A stretch of DNA of 64,000 bases, from IMG/VR virus record IMGVR_UViG_3300032214_000715, positions 1-64,000 of that record, one strand, 5' to 3'. The position numbers and the translations under genes are program-made. The notes under the pieces are model-generated. The model had not been told where the DNA came from. It did not search any database and was given only the letters and a program-made list of their open reading frames with translations. How positions within the stretch are numbered: position 1 is the first letter of the stretch; each line of letters starts with the position of its first letter. Shown piece by piece: positions 9,427-20,450 of this stretch.

Positions 9427-10146
9427 ATGAGAGCCGATCAATTTATTACCGAAATAGAAGCACTGAGCAAGGACGAGTTTAATCCTCGGGCCGAACAGTT
9501 CAGAATTCAACATATATCCACTCAGTGGTTTGCTGATGCCAAGCCTCTAAAGTCACTGCCTGGGTACACTTACTATCTCAAGCCTGACTTCACTGGGTCT
9601 ATAGCAGTGTATATTTTTGATCCCAAGAATCCCGACATTTTCGTTGGAGAGTTAACCGCACACCCATACTGGGCTATGGATAACGCAGAGCGTAAATCAG
9701 TGTATGGGACTCCCACACTAATGGTACATCCGGATTATAAAAACCAGGGTATAGCAACAGAGCTTTATAAGTTAGTATTGCTGCCACCACCAGAGGGCGC
9801 GGGCATCACTCTACTATCAGACTCAGCGCAAACAAGTGGTGGCGCAGGAGTATGGGCATCATTAGCTAAAAAGATTCCAGGCGTGTCAGTAATTGGGTTG
9901 TTGAGAATGAGGAAACGAGACGAATACAGTGATACTGAACTAAAATTATATAATCATCTGTTTGGTGATTTGGGCGCCACCTATTATGCTCAGACCTTAC
10001 ACTATTACTTTTACTGGATTCCAGTTAGGAAAATGGGCCGTCGTTTAGAGAACGCCGTTAAAGACTCACTTGTAAAAATTTATCCCAAGGCTCATCACAG
10101 AATGTACGATAGCTTTTTAATGGCGCGATGGATGAGTGAACAATGA
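9427..10146 (+). CDS. GNAT-fold acetyltransferase, capsid-targeting-like N-terminus
   Basis: VHPDYKNQGIAT motif A, SDSAQTSGGAGVW; MRADQFITE; late promoter 9402-9408. Confidence 0.72.
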   Translation: MRADQFITEIEALSKDEFNPRAEQFRIQHISTQWFADAKPLKSLPGYTYYLKPDFTGSIAVYIFDPKNPDIFVGELTAHPYWAMDNAERKSVYGTPTLMVHPDYKNQGIATELYKLVLLPPPEGAGITLLSDSAQTSGGAGVWASLAKKIPGVSVIGLLRMRKRDEYSDTELKLYNHLFGDLGATYYAQTLHYYFYWIPVRKMGRRLENAVKDSLVKIYPKAHHRMYDSFLMARWMSEQ

Positions 10147-10793
10147 AAATACACGACATAATCAACGAAATACGTTGGACAAAAACTAATGAGCCATATA
10201 GTTCTATGGTCAGTAGAATGGCCAACATTAACAAATATGAAACACTTGGAAGCGGTGAATACGGACATGTGTTTAAGCATCCTAGCATGGATCGCGCAGT
10301 CATCAAATTGTTTGCCAATGATCGTGGGTACGCTGAGTACTTGCGTTGGATGGCTCAAAATCAACAAAACAGTTATGTGCCAAAAATTATTCCCTACGAA
10401 GACGGTAGCATTATAAAACCATATAAGCAAGTTATGAAAACCGCTGATGGTATTTTAAGTTCTCGCATAGGTATGATTCAATTGCGTAAATTAGAACCTA
10501 TATCTACTGCTCAATTATTTGAATTAAAAAAATACATATTCAATTTTTTGAATCCAGACAACAAAACTCGTATAAGCGTTCGCACACATTTCTTGTTTGA
10601 TATACGAGAAAATGATTTAGAACAGATTCAACAAAATAGTCGCGAAGCAGATCCTGATTTAAGTAATCTATTCACGGAGTTACTTCGCATGTATCGTCGT
10701 TGGGGTGGTCTAGATATACACAATCAAAATTTGATGTGGGATCCAGAAACAAATCATGTAGTATTCATTGATGTATTGAGCGTAAGCAAATGA
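10143..10793 (+). CDS. Ser/Thr protein kinase-like
   Basis: LGSGEYG P-loop, VIK, DIHNQN catalytic loop, FID; MKIHDIINE. Confidence 0.75.
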   Translation: MKIHDIINEIRWTKTNEPYSSMVSRMANINKYETLGSGEYGHVFKHPSMDRAVIKLFANDRGYAEYLRWMAQNQQNSYVPKIIPYEDGSIIKPYKQVMKTADGILSSRIGMIQLRKLEPISTAQLFELKKYIFNFLNPDNKTRISVRTHFLFDIRENDLEQIQQNSREADPDLSNLFTELLRMYRRWGGLDIHNQNLMWDPETNHVVFIDVLSVSK

Positions 10794-11419
10794 AAATTCT
10801 AGACATTATTACCTACGAGACTGACATAGATCCACTATTCATTACTAAAAATGTATTAGACGAGAGCACCGATATATCTTCAGAATTACAGCAATTAATT
10901 GATACCTCAATAATGAATGGTAACAAAATGGCAAGTTCAAGAACTCTCAAGTATCAATTATATGTTCCTCGTGTTGCTAAAGTAAATGAAGATATTAAAC
11001 CCAATGCTGAATTATGGACCAGTACTGCTGAGTTTCGTGGCGACAATGATTATACCAGTGCCTGGGCAGAATGGTGTTACTATAATATGCCCCAGTGGTT
11101 AGCTAAACGTGGTAAATTATATCAGGTTCAACCTGGCGCACGAGTATTATATATAGGTAGCGATGCGGTTGCTAAAAAGGTAGCACGAATACTAGGACAC
11201 GAATTTGCTGGCAGTAAATATACTATTCTACAATATCCTTGGGAAAAATTATCGGAACATTTTGATGCTATCAGATATCCAGCAAGATTAAAAAATCGAT
11301 TTACCAGTAGAATGAATAATATACTAATGAGTTTATGGGACGTAGAGTCTACTGCTTGGTTCAGAACTGATAAATTAAAACTGTTAAATGAAGTAGATAT
11401 AAAAACAAGAGAGTGGTAA
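10790..11419 (+). CDS. Hypothetical internal-head-like protein
   Basis: MKILDIITYE...VLDE N-terminus. Confidence 0.6.
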   Translation: MKILDIITYETDIDPLFITKNVLDESTDISSELQQLIDTSIMNGNKMASSRTLKYQLYVPRVAKVNEDIKPNAELWTSTAEFRGDNDYTSAWAEWCYYNMPQWLAKRGKLYQVQPGARVLYIGSDAVAKKVARILGHEFAGSKYTILQYPWEKLSEHFDAIRYPARLKNRFTSRMNNILMSLWDVESTAWFRTDKLKLLNEVDIKTREW

Positions 11420-12892
11420 ATGAGAGCAAATCAATTTTTGTTAGAATATAGTAGACAGATAACTGCTCAACAGTTAGGCAACAAGATATTGAATGCCATG
11501 GTCAATACCGTTGAGGGAGATATTCCCGATAATGACGTTGGTCTGGCTAGAGCTGCGTGGATATTAGGTGCCGCAAATAATCCAAGCGCGTATCGAGCTT
11601 ATAATTCGCGACTTTCAAAAGGCACTGCTATGTATCTGTTTGGCAAAATTTATATTATAAACAACGTTAATGATGCTATTCCATTAGCAGAAGAAATAAA
11701 ACCAAAAGTCATTGATTACATACTGAACTATATAGAAAGCAATGATCCCACACCAAATCATCAATACACACAATGGATGGCACGTGCGTGGGCCAATGAA
11801 AATGGCGATTGGAGATTAGAAGATTTAAATCGTAATGACATATTAACTGCCTTTCATGTCGGTAAAAGCAGTAGAAAGATTAAAGCGGAACATCTTGACA
11901 TTAACAAATTTAAAACTTATCGCGAGCTTGAGAAAACAATGCGCGAAAATTATGATATTAATGAGTTGCTAGGTAATAAAGCAACTCCAAATCAAATGGG
12001 TAAATTTGAAATCATACATAAAGATTCAGATGTCACACTAGTAAAATTAATAGATTTTCGTTCCAGCGAATACTGGGGCGAAAAATACGGTCCAAAAGAA
12101 AGACGAGCAGTATGGTGTACGCTACAGCCAAATAAATTCAATGAATATAACAGTAAGGGTCCGCTGTATGTTATAAAACCCAATCAAGAAGAATATGTGG
12201 GTGAAAAATATCAACTACATTTTCCAACTAGTCAGTTTATGGATGTAGAAGACGAGCCAGTTGATTTAGTAGTACTGCTAAAACAAAAATACCCACAACT
12301 TGAAGAAGTATTTAAAAAAATAGAGCCGGAAATAAAAGATTATGTATTTTTTGCTCCAGATGATGTTCTACTGGAATTATGGAGCAAGATATACAATATA
12401 GCAGACATGTATTATGATAAGATACTAGATGAGTGGATAGAAACAGATTATGATTATCAGAATTTAGTAGAGCCACGAGCAAAACAATTGGGATATGTTA
12501 CCGATAGTGGTGAAGTTGATTGGAATAAAATACCAAGAACTAGCAAACTTCATTATTCTAAGCATGAAAGACAGGCTGCGACGATGTTGGATGATCTTAA
12601 GACTATAAAAATCACTCGTGCTTCAGCTATAAGAAACATGGCAGCACGACTTCTTGAAACTGTTGATTATGAAGAAGAATTAACATTAAGTATATTACCT
12701 AGATTGGCCTCTGACACAATTACTTATAGTAATGTATATGGATCACGAATATCCAGTTTCTTGGGTGATTATGTGTATGTTGAGAAAATGCCAAAAGATG
12801 ATTCTTCCAAACGAAGTCAAGAAATAAAACGATCAATAAATCCCGATATGATTGTTGGCGATTGGTTTGTTAAATCAACTAGAGATTTATAA
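11420..12892 (+). CDS. WCT-domain family protein 1
   Basis: MRANQFLLEY; DPTPN..Y..W, WCT, GPLY, EKYQLHF, QFMD. Confidence 0.75.
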   Translation: MRANQFLLEYSRQITAQQLGNKILNAMVNTVEGDIPDNDVGLARAAWILGAANNPSAYRAYNSRLSKGTAMYLFGKIYIINNVNDAIPLAEEIKPKVIDYILNYIESNDPTPNHQYTQWMARAWANENGDWRLEDLNRNDILTAFHVGKSSRKIKAEHLDINKFKTYRELEKTMRENYDINELLGNKATPNQMGKFEIIHKDSDVTLVKLIDFRSSEYWGEKYGPKERRAVWCTLQPNKFNEYNSKGPLYVIKPNQEEYVGEKYQLHFPTSQFMDVEDEPVDLVVLLKQKYPQLEEVFKKIEPEIKDYVFFAPDDVLLELWSKIYNIADMYYDKILDEWIETDYDYQNLVEPRAKQLGYVTDSGEVDWNKIPRTSKLHYSKHERQAATMLDDLKTIKITRASAIRNMAARLLETVDYEEELTLSILPRLASDTITYSNVYGSRISSFLGDYVYVEKMPKDDSSKRSQEIKRSINPDMIVGDWFVKSTRDL

Positions 12893-12893
12893 T

Positions 12894-13931
12894 ATGAGAG
12901 CTACACAGTTTATAACAGAAGCCGCCACTGATATTGTGTATCATTATATGAATACATACGATGCCATTAGAACTCTGCGTGATAATCATTATTCATTAGA
13001 AAGTAGTACTGGTTTAGATGTTGAAGAAAAAATGATGCCAAAGAATAAGCACTGGTATCTAGCAACTACACGCAGCAAAGTAGGTGATTATCATATACAA
13101 AAAGCAGGTACCAGTGGAGCAATATTTGTATTGAATGGTCGTTGGTTAAATCAAAATTACGAAACTAGACCAGTAGATTATTGGTCACCAGTCTGGAATT
13201 ATAAATCATTTCTAAAGAAGGGAGTATGGAGTAAAGAAATATCAGCGTCTAGTAAACGAAGTATGTGGCAAGATAAACCCTATAGTGGTAGTGAAGCCGA
13301 AGATCGCGTATTCAGCGATACTCACGCTATACCGCTGCGTGGTAGTACACTAGAAATACACGTATTTGTAATATCTACGGTACATAAACCATTTTCTGAT
13401 ACTACAAAAAAGTCATTACAATTATCTACCTATTATGATAAAGAATCATTAGGCGCAAGAGCGGCCGAAGTTAGAGAAATATTGAGGTGGGGGCAAAAAC
13501 GAGATATACCCGTGTATCTGTATGATAATAAACAGGATTGGATAACACAGCGACCCAATAATCGTATTGACCCCAACAGTGAATATGGGCGCAAATTATT
13601 ATCTGGTAAACCCGCAAAATCTTATATTAGAACGCCATACGTATCAGATTATTATAATAATGCCCCATATTGGATTGAATTGATTGAAAAGAATCCTGCT
13701 ACTGATAAATTAAGTGAACCTGCTGATAAACTGCGATACAATATACTATATTATTGGGATACCTTTAAATCATTTCAAACAAATGTTATGGGTAATGCTG
13801 CTCGTAATCCTGAATCACCAGATTATCCTGGTGTAATAGAAATCAATAAATTTTTATCACAAAAGCGACTACCAGATATTAAATCACTACAAGAATTCTT
13901 AAAGCGTAAATGGTCCAGCTATAAACACTAA
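12894..13931 (+). CDS. Possible ADP-ribosyltransferase-fold protein
   Basis: MRATQFITE; VYHY, YLATTRS, EAEDRV spacing resembles ART catalytic strands (function tentative). Confidence 0.45.
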   Translation: MRATQFITEAATDIVYHYMNTYDAIRTLRDNHYSLESSTGLDVEEKMMPKNKHWYLATTRSKVGDYHIQKAGTSGAIFVLNGRWLNQNYETRPVDYWSPVWNYKSFLKKGVWSKEISASSKRSMWQDKPYSGSEAEDRVFSDTHAIPLRGSTLEIHVFVISTVHKPFSDTTKKSLQLSTYYDKESLGARAAEVREILRWGQKRDIPVYLYDNKQDWITQRPNNRIDPNSEYGRKLLSGKPAKSYIRTPYVSDYYNNAPYWIELIEKNPATDKLSEPADKLRYNILYYWDTFKSFQTNVMGNAARNPESPDYPGVIEINKFLSQKRLPDIKSLQEFLKRKWSSYKH

Positions 13932-13949
13932 GATGATAAATACTAAATT

Positions 13950-16103
13950 ATGCGTGTAAAAGAATACTATTCAAATAAATCAGTACTACTTGAGTACAAT
14001 CGCTCAATTACGGCAAGACATTATGGTGCCAAATTAATTAGAGCACTATTAAATACTGAGTATGGTAAGAAAACATTAGCCTCATACGGTACAAATGAAA
14101 AAGAATTACTTGATAAATTAAGCACAGATCAGAATTTACAAACGGCAGTATTGGCTCCGTTTGAAGAAATGGACCCTACCAGCAATAAAGAATTTACACC
14201 TTGGATAATCAATAAGTTTGTAAATAATGAATTACCCAGTATTGATGGGACTGATATTGCGACTTATATTAAAAAATTATTAACTAACTTTGCTTGGGCT
14301 CGGGGTAAAAAACTATTATCACAAACAGATATTAATCGTTATTCATACGCAGAATTAGTAAGTAAATGTGATTTCTATCCTGAGATAGCGGATACCAAAG
14401 TATTGTATAACGGTCCGGAAGGTCAATTTGTAATACCAAATACCGTAAAGGCAAGTATGGAATTACAAAAGATTGGAACTGTAACTAGTTGGTGTACTGC
14501 TGACAGTCGTGCTCCTAGACATTATCCTGGATACACCAGTCGTGGTCCCTTATATGTTTGGATTGATCATACTGGCGACAAAGTTCAATTTCATTTTCCC
14601 GATGGTCAGTTTCAAAAAGAAAATAATATGAGTATTAGGCCCGAAGAACTTGAAACTCTATTAAATAGCAGACCGCAATTTGCTAAAGTGTTTATGCCAA
14701 TACTAACACGAGAGTTTGTTAATCGCCCAGAACTTTCTAGATTATTACCACAGAGCATAATTAAGAAAATTAGTGAGCGAGTAAATCTAGATTGGGCTAG
14801 AGTTATTAAAGGCAATCCAGAAATAATTCTGACCCTACCATCATATGTAATTACTCGTGAAATGCTTGAAGTAGCAATTGATTCTGACGCAATGCTTTTA
14901 TTAAGAGTTCCATCACAATTAGTAGATCGTGAATTATTAGAATTAGCTATTCTACACAAAGCATATAAAGTAGATTTATTCGTAGAGAGATTTCCAAAAC
15001 TTGTAGACAATAAATTATTATTTGATCTGATGAAGGAGGATTATACTGTAGCTAAAGCCTTATCTCCACTATATTGGAATCAAGAGTTGGTAACTGCTGC
15101 TGTAAATGCTGTGCCAGAATATATTAAATATGTTCCGATACAGTATGTTAATAAAGAACTGTTATTAAAAGCCGGGCATTATGATCCAAATTTATTTTTA
15201 ATATCAGAATTTAAAGAATATATGACACCCGCGGTTGCCATGGGTATTGTGAAGGAAAACGGTCTAAGACATTTTGACAAAATACCAGAACGATTAGTAA
15301 ATAAGACGTTATTGGCAACTGCGTTAAAGTATTCTGAATCAAGATTAGATAGAGATGGACAACCAAGTGCTTATGTAAATCGTGAATTTCTCACTAAAGC
15401 ATATCAAGCATATCCCGACTTATTTACTGATGATGTAATTAAAATTGGTATCAAATATAACTCGGCTATGCTTAGAATAATGCCCGATGATAGAAAAACT
15501 TTAGAGGTATGTACCACGGCAGTTAAAAAGAATCCTACAAATATTGCTTATGTGCCGGAAGAATTTAGACCTAAATTATGGGTGTTGGCATTGACAATGG
15601 AGCCAGATTTGATAGTTCATAACGAGTCACATCAATATATTACCAAAGAAGTAGCACACGCTATGATAAAACGAGATGGCGGTCAAATTCTGAATCCAGT
15701 GATACCAAAAGAGTTTAAAACTCTACCGATGTATAGATTGGCTGCTATTAGTACGCCCAGTATAAACTCTCAAGTAAGAATATCAGATGCTATAAAAGAA
15801 CAAAGAAAATCAGCAAATATATTTGCTGATGTTGATTCAGAAAAATACCCAACACTAAGTGCGGTATATCAAAAGTACGGTAATAAAAACTGGCCACACG
15901 GCGAAAACTCATTATTAACCCGAGTACCAATTAATTTATTTGATAGTCTCAGAGCAGATTTAAGTAAATTCTCTCGTGATATTGGCGGTCGTTATAAAGT
16001 AATGTGGCGTGGTAAACGTGCCGAAAGAAGAGCACATACTAAACGAGAGGAAGCAGTGGCATTCTCAATTTATGCCTCTATGAGTCACCTTTACAAAAGA
16101 TAA
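13950..16103 (+). CDS. WCT-domain family protein 2 with DUF4116-like repeats
   Basis: VLLEY; DPTSNKEF..W, WCTA, GPLY; repeats like TAVKKNPTNIAYVP; late promoter 13936-13942. Confidence 0.75.
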   Translation: MRVKEYYSNKSVLLEYNRSITARHYGAKLIRALLNTEYGKKTLASYGTNEKELLDKLSTDQNLQTAVLAPFEEMDPTSNKEFTPWIINKFVNNELPSIDGTDIATYIKKLLTNFAWARGKKLLSQTDINRYSYAELVSKCDFYPEIADTKVLYNGPEGQFVIPNTVKASMELQKIGTVTSWCTADSRAPRHYPGYTSRGPLYVWIDHTGDKVQFHFPDGQFQKENNMSIRPEELETLLNSRPQFAKVFMPILTREFVNRPELSRLLPQSIIKKISERVNLDWARVIKGNPEIILTLPSYVITREMLEVAIDSDAMLLLRVPSQLVDRELLELAILHKAYKVDLFVERFPKLVDNKLLFDLMKEDYTVAKALSPLYWNQELVTAAVNAVPEYIKYVPIQYVNKELLLKAGHYDPNLFLISEFKEYMTPAVAMGIVKENGLRHFDKIPERLVNKTLLATALKYSESRLDRDGQPSAYVNREFLTKAYQAYPDLFTDDVIKIGIKYNSAMLRIMPDDRKTLEVCTTAVKKNPTNIAYVPEEFRPKLWVLALTMEPDLIVHNESHQYITKEVAHAMIKRDGGQILNPVIPKEFKTLPMYRLAAISTPSINSQVRISDAIKEQRKSANIFADVDSEKYPTLSAVYQKYGNKNWPHGENSLLTRVPINLFDSLRADLSKFSRDIGGRYKVMWRGKRAERRAHTKREEAVAFSIYASMSHLYKR

Positions 16104-16105
16104 TT

Positions 16106-17461
16106 ATGAGATACAGTGAATTATTACTTGAATATCAGCAGACAGTTACTGTGCGTAATTATGGAGATGCTCTATTTGATAAATTCTTACGGCACGAATC
16201 TGATACTACAAAAATCAATATATTGAAACACGTACATAGCGATGCTCAATTTGAATTAATACTAAATCGTACAAAACTTAATCAAGAATTAATTGCTCGT
16301 AAAACTGAAATTGTTGGCGCGATTGTAGGAATAATTGAAGATGCTGATCCTACACCAAATAAACAATATGTAGTATGGTTAATCAGAATGTATATCAAAG
16401 ATAATCATACAGAAAAATTAGAAGATGTAGCTAGTACTATCAGTGATTATCTTAAAGATTTTGTTAATTTAAATAGTCGTGGTATTATACCCAGCCCACA
16501 AAATGATATTAATAGATATCGGAGTTTTGATGAGTTTTCTTTTGAAGTAGTATCATTACGCACAGAGTATAAAGACAAATTAAAAATACAAACTGATTTG
16601 AAAAATAGTCAAAGTCGTGTGTATTACGAAGATGAATTACTTAAAGTAATTGTGCCGTTTAATATGGAAGCCGCGATTAAGTATGGACAATATGTAAATG
16701 GTGCTACTGGTCGCTCTGAGCCAAATCAACATACTAAATGGTGTACGGCTGCCACCAAGGCTAATAATTATTTTCAAGACTATCATGATAGTGGTCCACT
16801 GTATATAGTATTCCCTAAACAACCCGAATATGAGGGAGAAAAATATCAGATACATCCTGCTACTGGTGAGTTTATGGATCCAACAAATAAACCGGCTGAT
16901 TCAAGAAAAGTATTTGATAGATTTCCCGAGTTTGCTGATACTATAATAGATGATGAGCCCGATCTAAAAAATATGATAGGGTTAACTGACGATAAAACAT
17001 TAATTGAAATATTTGACGCTTGTGTGCGAATGGCTCAGGTATCTATTGAAAATATACATAGCAATGATTCTGATGCTGAAGAGTATGGTTCTCAGTATGA
17101 TGTGTTGTACAGAGCGTTATTCTATCTATACAGTGATAAAGTTCCACACAGTACCGTACTCAATCAAATAAAACAAAAAACTGCTGATTCTAGAATTTAC
17201 AGTGTACTTCAAATGTCAGTCATAGTCAGAGACATGATTACTATTATAATAATGAAATCCACTGGTAATACCAGTAAAGATATTCAATCTCAATTCGGTG
17301 ATCTATTAGATTTAATAGAAATGGATGTCAAGGTATTAGTTAATAATCCAGACGATGATTCACAAATTCGCAAAATAACACCGATTGATAGTGAAGAAGT
17401 GGGTAATTATATAGTAGCAGCAATTGTTGGTATGGGTAATTACTTGAATCGTGACTATTAA
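16106..17461 (+). CDS. WCT-domain family protein 3
   Basis: MRYSELLLEY; DPTPNKQY..W, WCTA, GPLY, EKYQIH, EFMD. Confidence 0.75.
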   Translation: MRYSELLLEYQQTVTVRNYGDALFDKFLRHESDTTKINILKHVHSDAQFELILNRTKLNQELIARKTEIVGAIVGIIEDADPTPNKQYVVWLIRMYIKDNHTEKLEDVASTISDYLKDFVNLNSRGIIPSPQNDINRYRSFDEFSFEVVSLRTEYKDKLKIQTDLKNSQSRVYYEDELLKVIVPFNMEAAIKYGQYVNGATGRSEPNQHTKWCTAATKANNYFQDYHDSGPLYIVFPKQPEYEGEKYQIHPATGEFMDPTNKPADSRKVFDRFPEFADTIIDDEPDLKNMIGLTDDKTLIEIFDACVRMAQVSIENIHSNDSDAEEYGSQYDVLYRALFYLYSDKVPHSTVLNQIKQKTADSRIYSVLQMSVIVRDMITIIIMKSTGNTSKDIQSQFGDLLDLIEMDVKVLVNNPDDDSQIRKITPIDSEEVGNYIVAAIVGMGNYLNRDY

Positions 17462-17478
17462 AATTACTAAATACTAAT

Positions 17479-19770
17479 ATGCGTGCGTCGGAATTTTATA
17501 GATCAGTATTACTTGAATATAATCGTGATGTTACCAAGCGTCAATTTGGTAATAAATTATTGGCGGCGTGGGAGCGTGGTGCTGATTTAGGCAATGATTC
17601 ACATGCTGCTGGACATATTCTGAAACTATACGGACCAGATGAAACTCCCGAGAATATAGTAAATAAAATACTGTCAATAATAGAGCGCAGTGACCCTACA
17701 TATACTCAAGGAGGCGGAGGGTTATATGTGCCCTGGTTAGCTCGCGAATATGCTGCTGGTAATATCAAAAGATTAGAAGACTTATTTGGTTGGAAACAAT
17801 TATTAGCCGATTTTCATCGCTATAAAGTGCGTGGTAATTTCCCACAACAATATAAAGATATTGGTAAATTAACTGCTACAAGTGGTATCAGTGAGTATGG
17901 ATTGGCTGATGTGTTGGAGAAATATTCAGGTAATGTCACAACTGAATTCAGTAATACCTATCGCAGTACAGTAACCGAATTAGTTAAGCGTGGCGAAGCA
18001 ACAGAATTATATAGCGACAATAATGTCATATTGGTGAGACCATTAACAGAATCAGCCTCTAAACAATTAGGCTCGCCAAGATGGTGTACTGCGTGGGAGA
18101 AAAATAATCGTTTTCATTTCTACAATAACGCAGGTCCACTTTACATACTATTACCCTTACACCCAACTCATCGCACTGAAAGATATCAGATACATTTTGA
18201 ATCTAGACAAATAATGAATGAGCACGATAATGAGGTGTCACTCAGTATTATTTTCAAACGATTCCCAGAATTACAGAAGGTATTTAATCAAATAGTACCA
18301 GATCAGATAGACTATATTTCTACAATTCCGCACGCCACGGTAATGAAATTATTTCAGGCATGCTGTAAATTAATTACAACGCCCGAGGCAACAAATGTAA
18401 TTGAATTAGGTATAGACGATGATTCAAATACTCCAGTCAAATATTATATAGATGATATTGAAAATTTGTTATCAGATTTTGCCGATAATTTTGATGAAGA
18501 GTATATGGAAGCAATGATAACTGAAGGATTAGGAATAGATACTCATATATCTGATTTACCAAGATTAATTGGTGCTATGTTAGCTAACAACTTCTATGCC
18601 GATAGAGCTATCAATGGAAGAGAATCTCTATTAACAGGAGAATTACTAGAGCCATATATTAAGTGGATCAATGAACATATTGAAATCAGTAGAAAAGATG
18701 CCAATTTATCAGCCGAGATTCGCAGCACTATTCGCAAATCTATTAATGTTGATCGTTGGATGGCATATATGTCTATTCCGAAAAAAACATATAAATTACG
18801 AGAATCAATATTAACAGAAGATCCAGAACGAAGAAGAGAATATGTATATACCAAATACTTTGACAAGTTATTTAATAAAGCGACTAATGACGACACTGAT
18901 TTATATATGTTCTTCAATGAGCGTGGGGATGATGTCAGTGACGAATATTTTGATTTCTTCACTCGCGAGTGGTACAAACCAGGAGTAGTAGAGAAAATAA
19001 TTCAGATACTGGTAGATAGTGATCCAACTCGTGAGTTAATATATATTGACTGGTTAGCTCGTCAATACTTAAATGAAACTATTCCTAGTCTAGAAGATGT
19101 TTATTCTTATGAGAATCCTCTTAGACAGTATCAACGATATAAGAACTCACCCGATTTCCCACAAGAATACAAAGATATCAATCGTTTAAATGGTTCCAAC
19201 TTCATGGAGTTAATGACAAAATGGTATAAACCTCCAGAAAACAAAAACCCAGGAAAAACTTTAGTCGTAGACGATAACGAACTATATACTGCTATGGTAC
19301 CATTAGATGAACCGGGTTCTCAAAAACTAGGGTTGGGTACTAACTGGTGTACGGCATATACTCAAGCACCGTGTAGATATGTTGATTACAGTGAGCGCGG
19401 TGAATTAATAGTATTGATACCTAAGAAACCAGCACAAGCCGGAGAAAAGTATCAGATACATTTAAGACTAAGACTAAGAAAATCAGATTCTGGTATTCGT
19501 GGATGGCAAGTTATTACAGACATGGGAGATTTTAACGAATATTTCGGTAAAGATAGTGAAATTGCTTTGGGCGAGTGTAGCACTCAAACAAATCATGATA
19601 TCAGATTTCGTGGAATAGTTAATAGATTTGGTGCTGGTCCAGTACTTAATACTCTAAACAAACTAGGTGCTCTACAAGCCACTGGAAAATATAAGTCTCA
19701 TGCTAATCAAAATATCTCAGATATTGCTGAGTTATATGGTCAATTATATGAATATGATTGGAAAGACTGA
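17479..19770 (+). CDS. WCT-domain family protein 4 (two domain copies)
   Basis: VLLEY; WCTA twice, EKYQIH/ERYQIH; internal LRESILTE; CTAAATA 17467-17473. Confidence 0.75.
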   Translation: MRASEFYRSVLLEYNRDVTKRQFGNKLLAAWERGADLGNDSHAAGHILKLYGPDETPENIVNKILSIIERSDPTYTQGGGGLYVPWLAREYAAGNIKRLEDLFGWKQLLADFHRYKVRGNFPQQYKDIGKLTATSGISEYGLADVLEKYSGNVTTEFSNTYRSTVTELVKRGEATELYSDNNVILVRPLTESASKQLGSPRWCTAWEKNNRFHFYNNAGPLYILLPLHPTHRTERYQIHFESRQIMNEHDNEVSLSIIFKRFPELQKVFNQIVPDQIDYISTIPHATVMKLFQACCKLITTPEATNVIELGIDDDSNTPVKYYIDDIENLLSDFADNFDEEYMEAMITEGLGIDTHISDLPRLIGAMLANNFYADRAINGRESLLTGELLEPYIKWINEHIEISRKDANLSAEIRSTIRKSINVDRWMAYMSIPKKTYKLRESILTEDPERRREYVYTKYFDKLFNKATNDDTDLYMFFNERGDDVSDEYFDFFTREWYKPGVVEKIIQILVDSDPTRELIYIDWLARQYLNETIPSLEDVYSYENPLRQYQRYKNSPDFPQEYKDINRLNGSNFMELMTKWYKPPENKNPGKTLVVDDNELYTAMVPLDEPGSQKLGLGTNWCTAYTQAPCRYVDYSERGELIVLIPKKPAQAGEKYQIHLRLRLRKSDSGIRGWQVITDMGDFNEYFGKDSEIALGECSTQTNHDIRFRGIVNRFGAGPVLNTLNKLGALQATGKYKSHANQNISDIAELYGQLYEYDWKD

Positions 19771-19772
19771 CA

Positions 19773-20447
19773 ATGAGAGTCAAAGACTTATTAGAATATG
19801 ACAGTGATAGTCCAGCCGGCAAACAGATAATGGACATATTGTCTGATAACGGATATGAATTATTAGGCAGCGGTGTAGATAAATCAGTATGGGCAAAAAC
19901 TGAAGACAATGTTGTTGGTATATTGATGCCGTCATCAAAAAAGATAGATGATGCTATGAAGAGCTTTTTAGTTCTGTATAACTTGGCAAAAGAATTTCCC
20001 AATAATAAACATTTGCCACGATATGTTAAGTTTAGAGATGAATCGGGTAAAGAATCGCACTATAGTGAATTTACTGTAGCGGGACGAAAATTCATACAAT
20101 TTGGTATGGAACGATTAATATCAATTGACTGGAATAGCGATCTTATGAATGTTTTATATCAAGTAAGAAACTTTGCTCAATTTCGTCATCATATGCGTTG
20201 GCCCGAAATATGGACTAGATTATGTGGTATGTCTAAGTATTTAAAATCTAAAGAGATTAAATCTCGTTTAGAAGATGTAGAGATATCATTCAAAGAGTTA
20301 TACGATACTATGAAATTAATTATTGATCGTGGTATGGCGGCTGACTTATATATTGATAGATTTGAAAATAATATAATGATGCGTAAAGATGGTACTCCAG
20401 TAATAGTTGACCCATATTACTACACTTCAGTTAATAGACCCAAGTAA
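19773..20447 (+). CDS. Ser/Thr protein kinase-like
   Basis: MRVKDLLEY; LGSG, DRFENNIM, VIVDPY. Confidence 0.7.
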   Translation: MRVKDLLEYDSDSPAGKQIMDILSDNGYELLGSGVDKSVWAKTEDNVVGILMPSSKKIDDAMKSFLVLYNLAKEFPNNKHLPRYVKFRDESGKESHYSEFTVAGRKFIQFGMERLISIDWNSDLMNVLYQVRNFAQFRHHMRWPEIWTRLCGMSKYLKSKEIKSRLEDVEISFKELYDTMKLIIDRGMAADLYIDRFENNIMMRKDGTPVIVDPYYYTSVNRPK

Positions 20448-20450
20448 ATT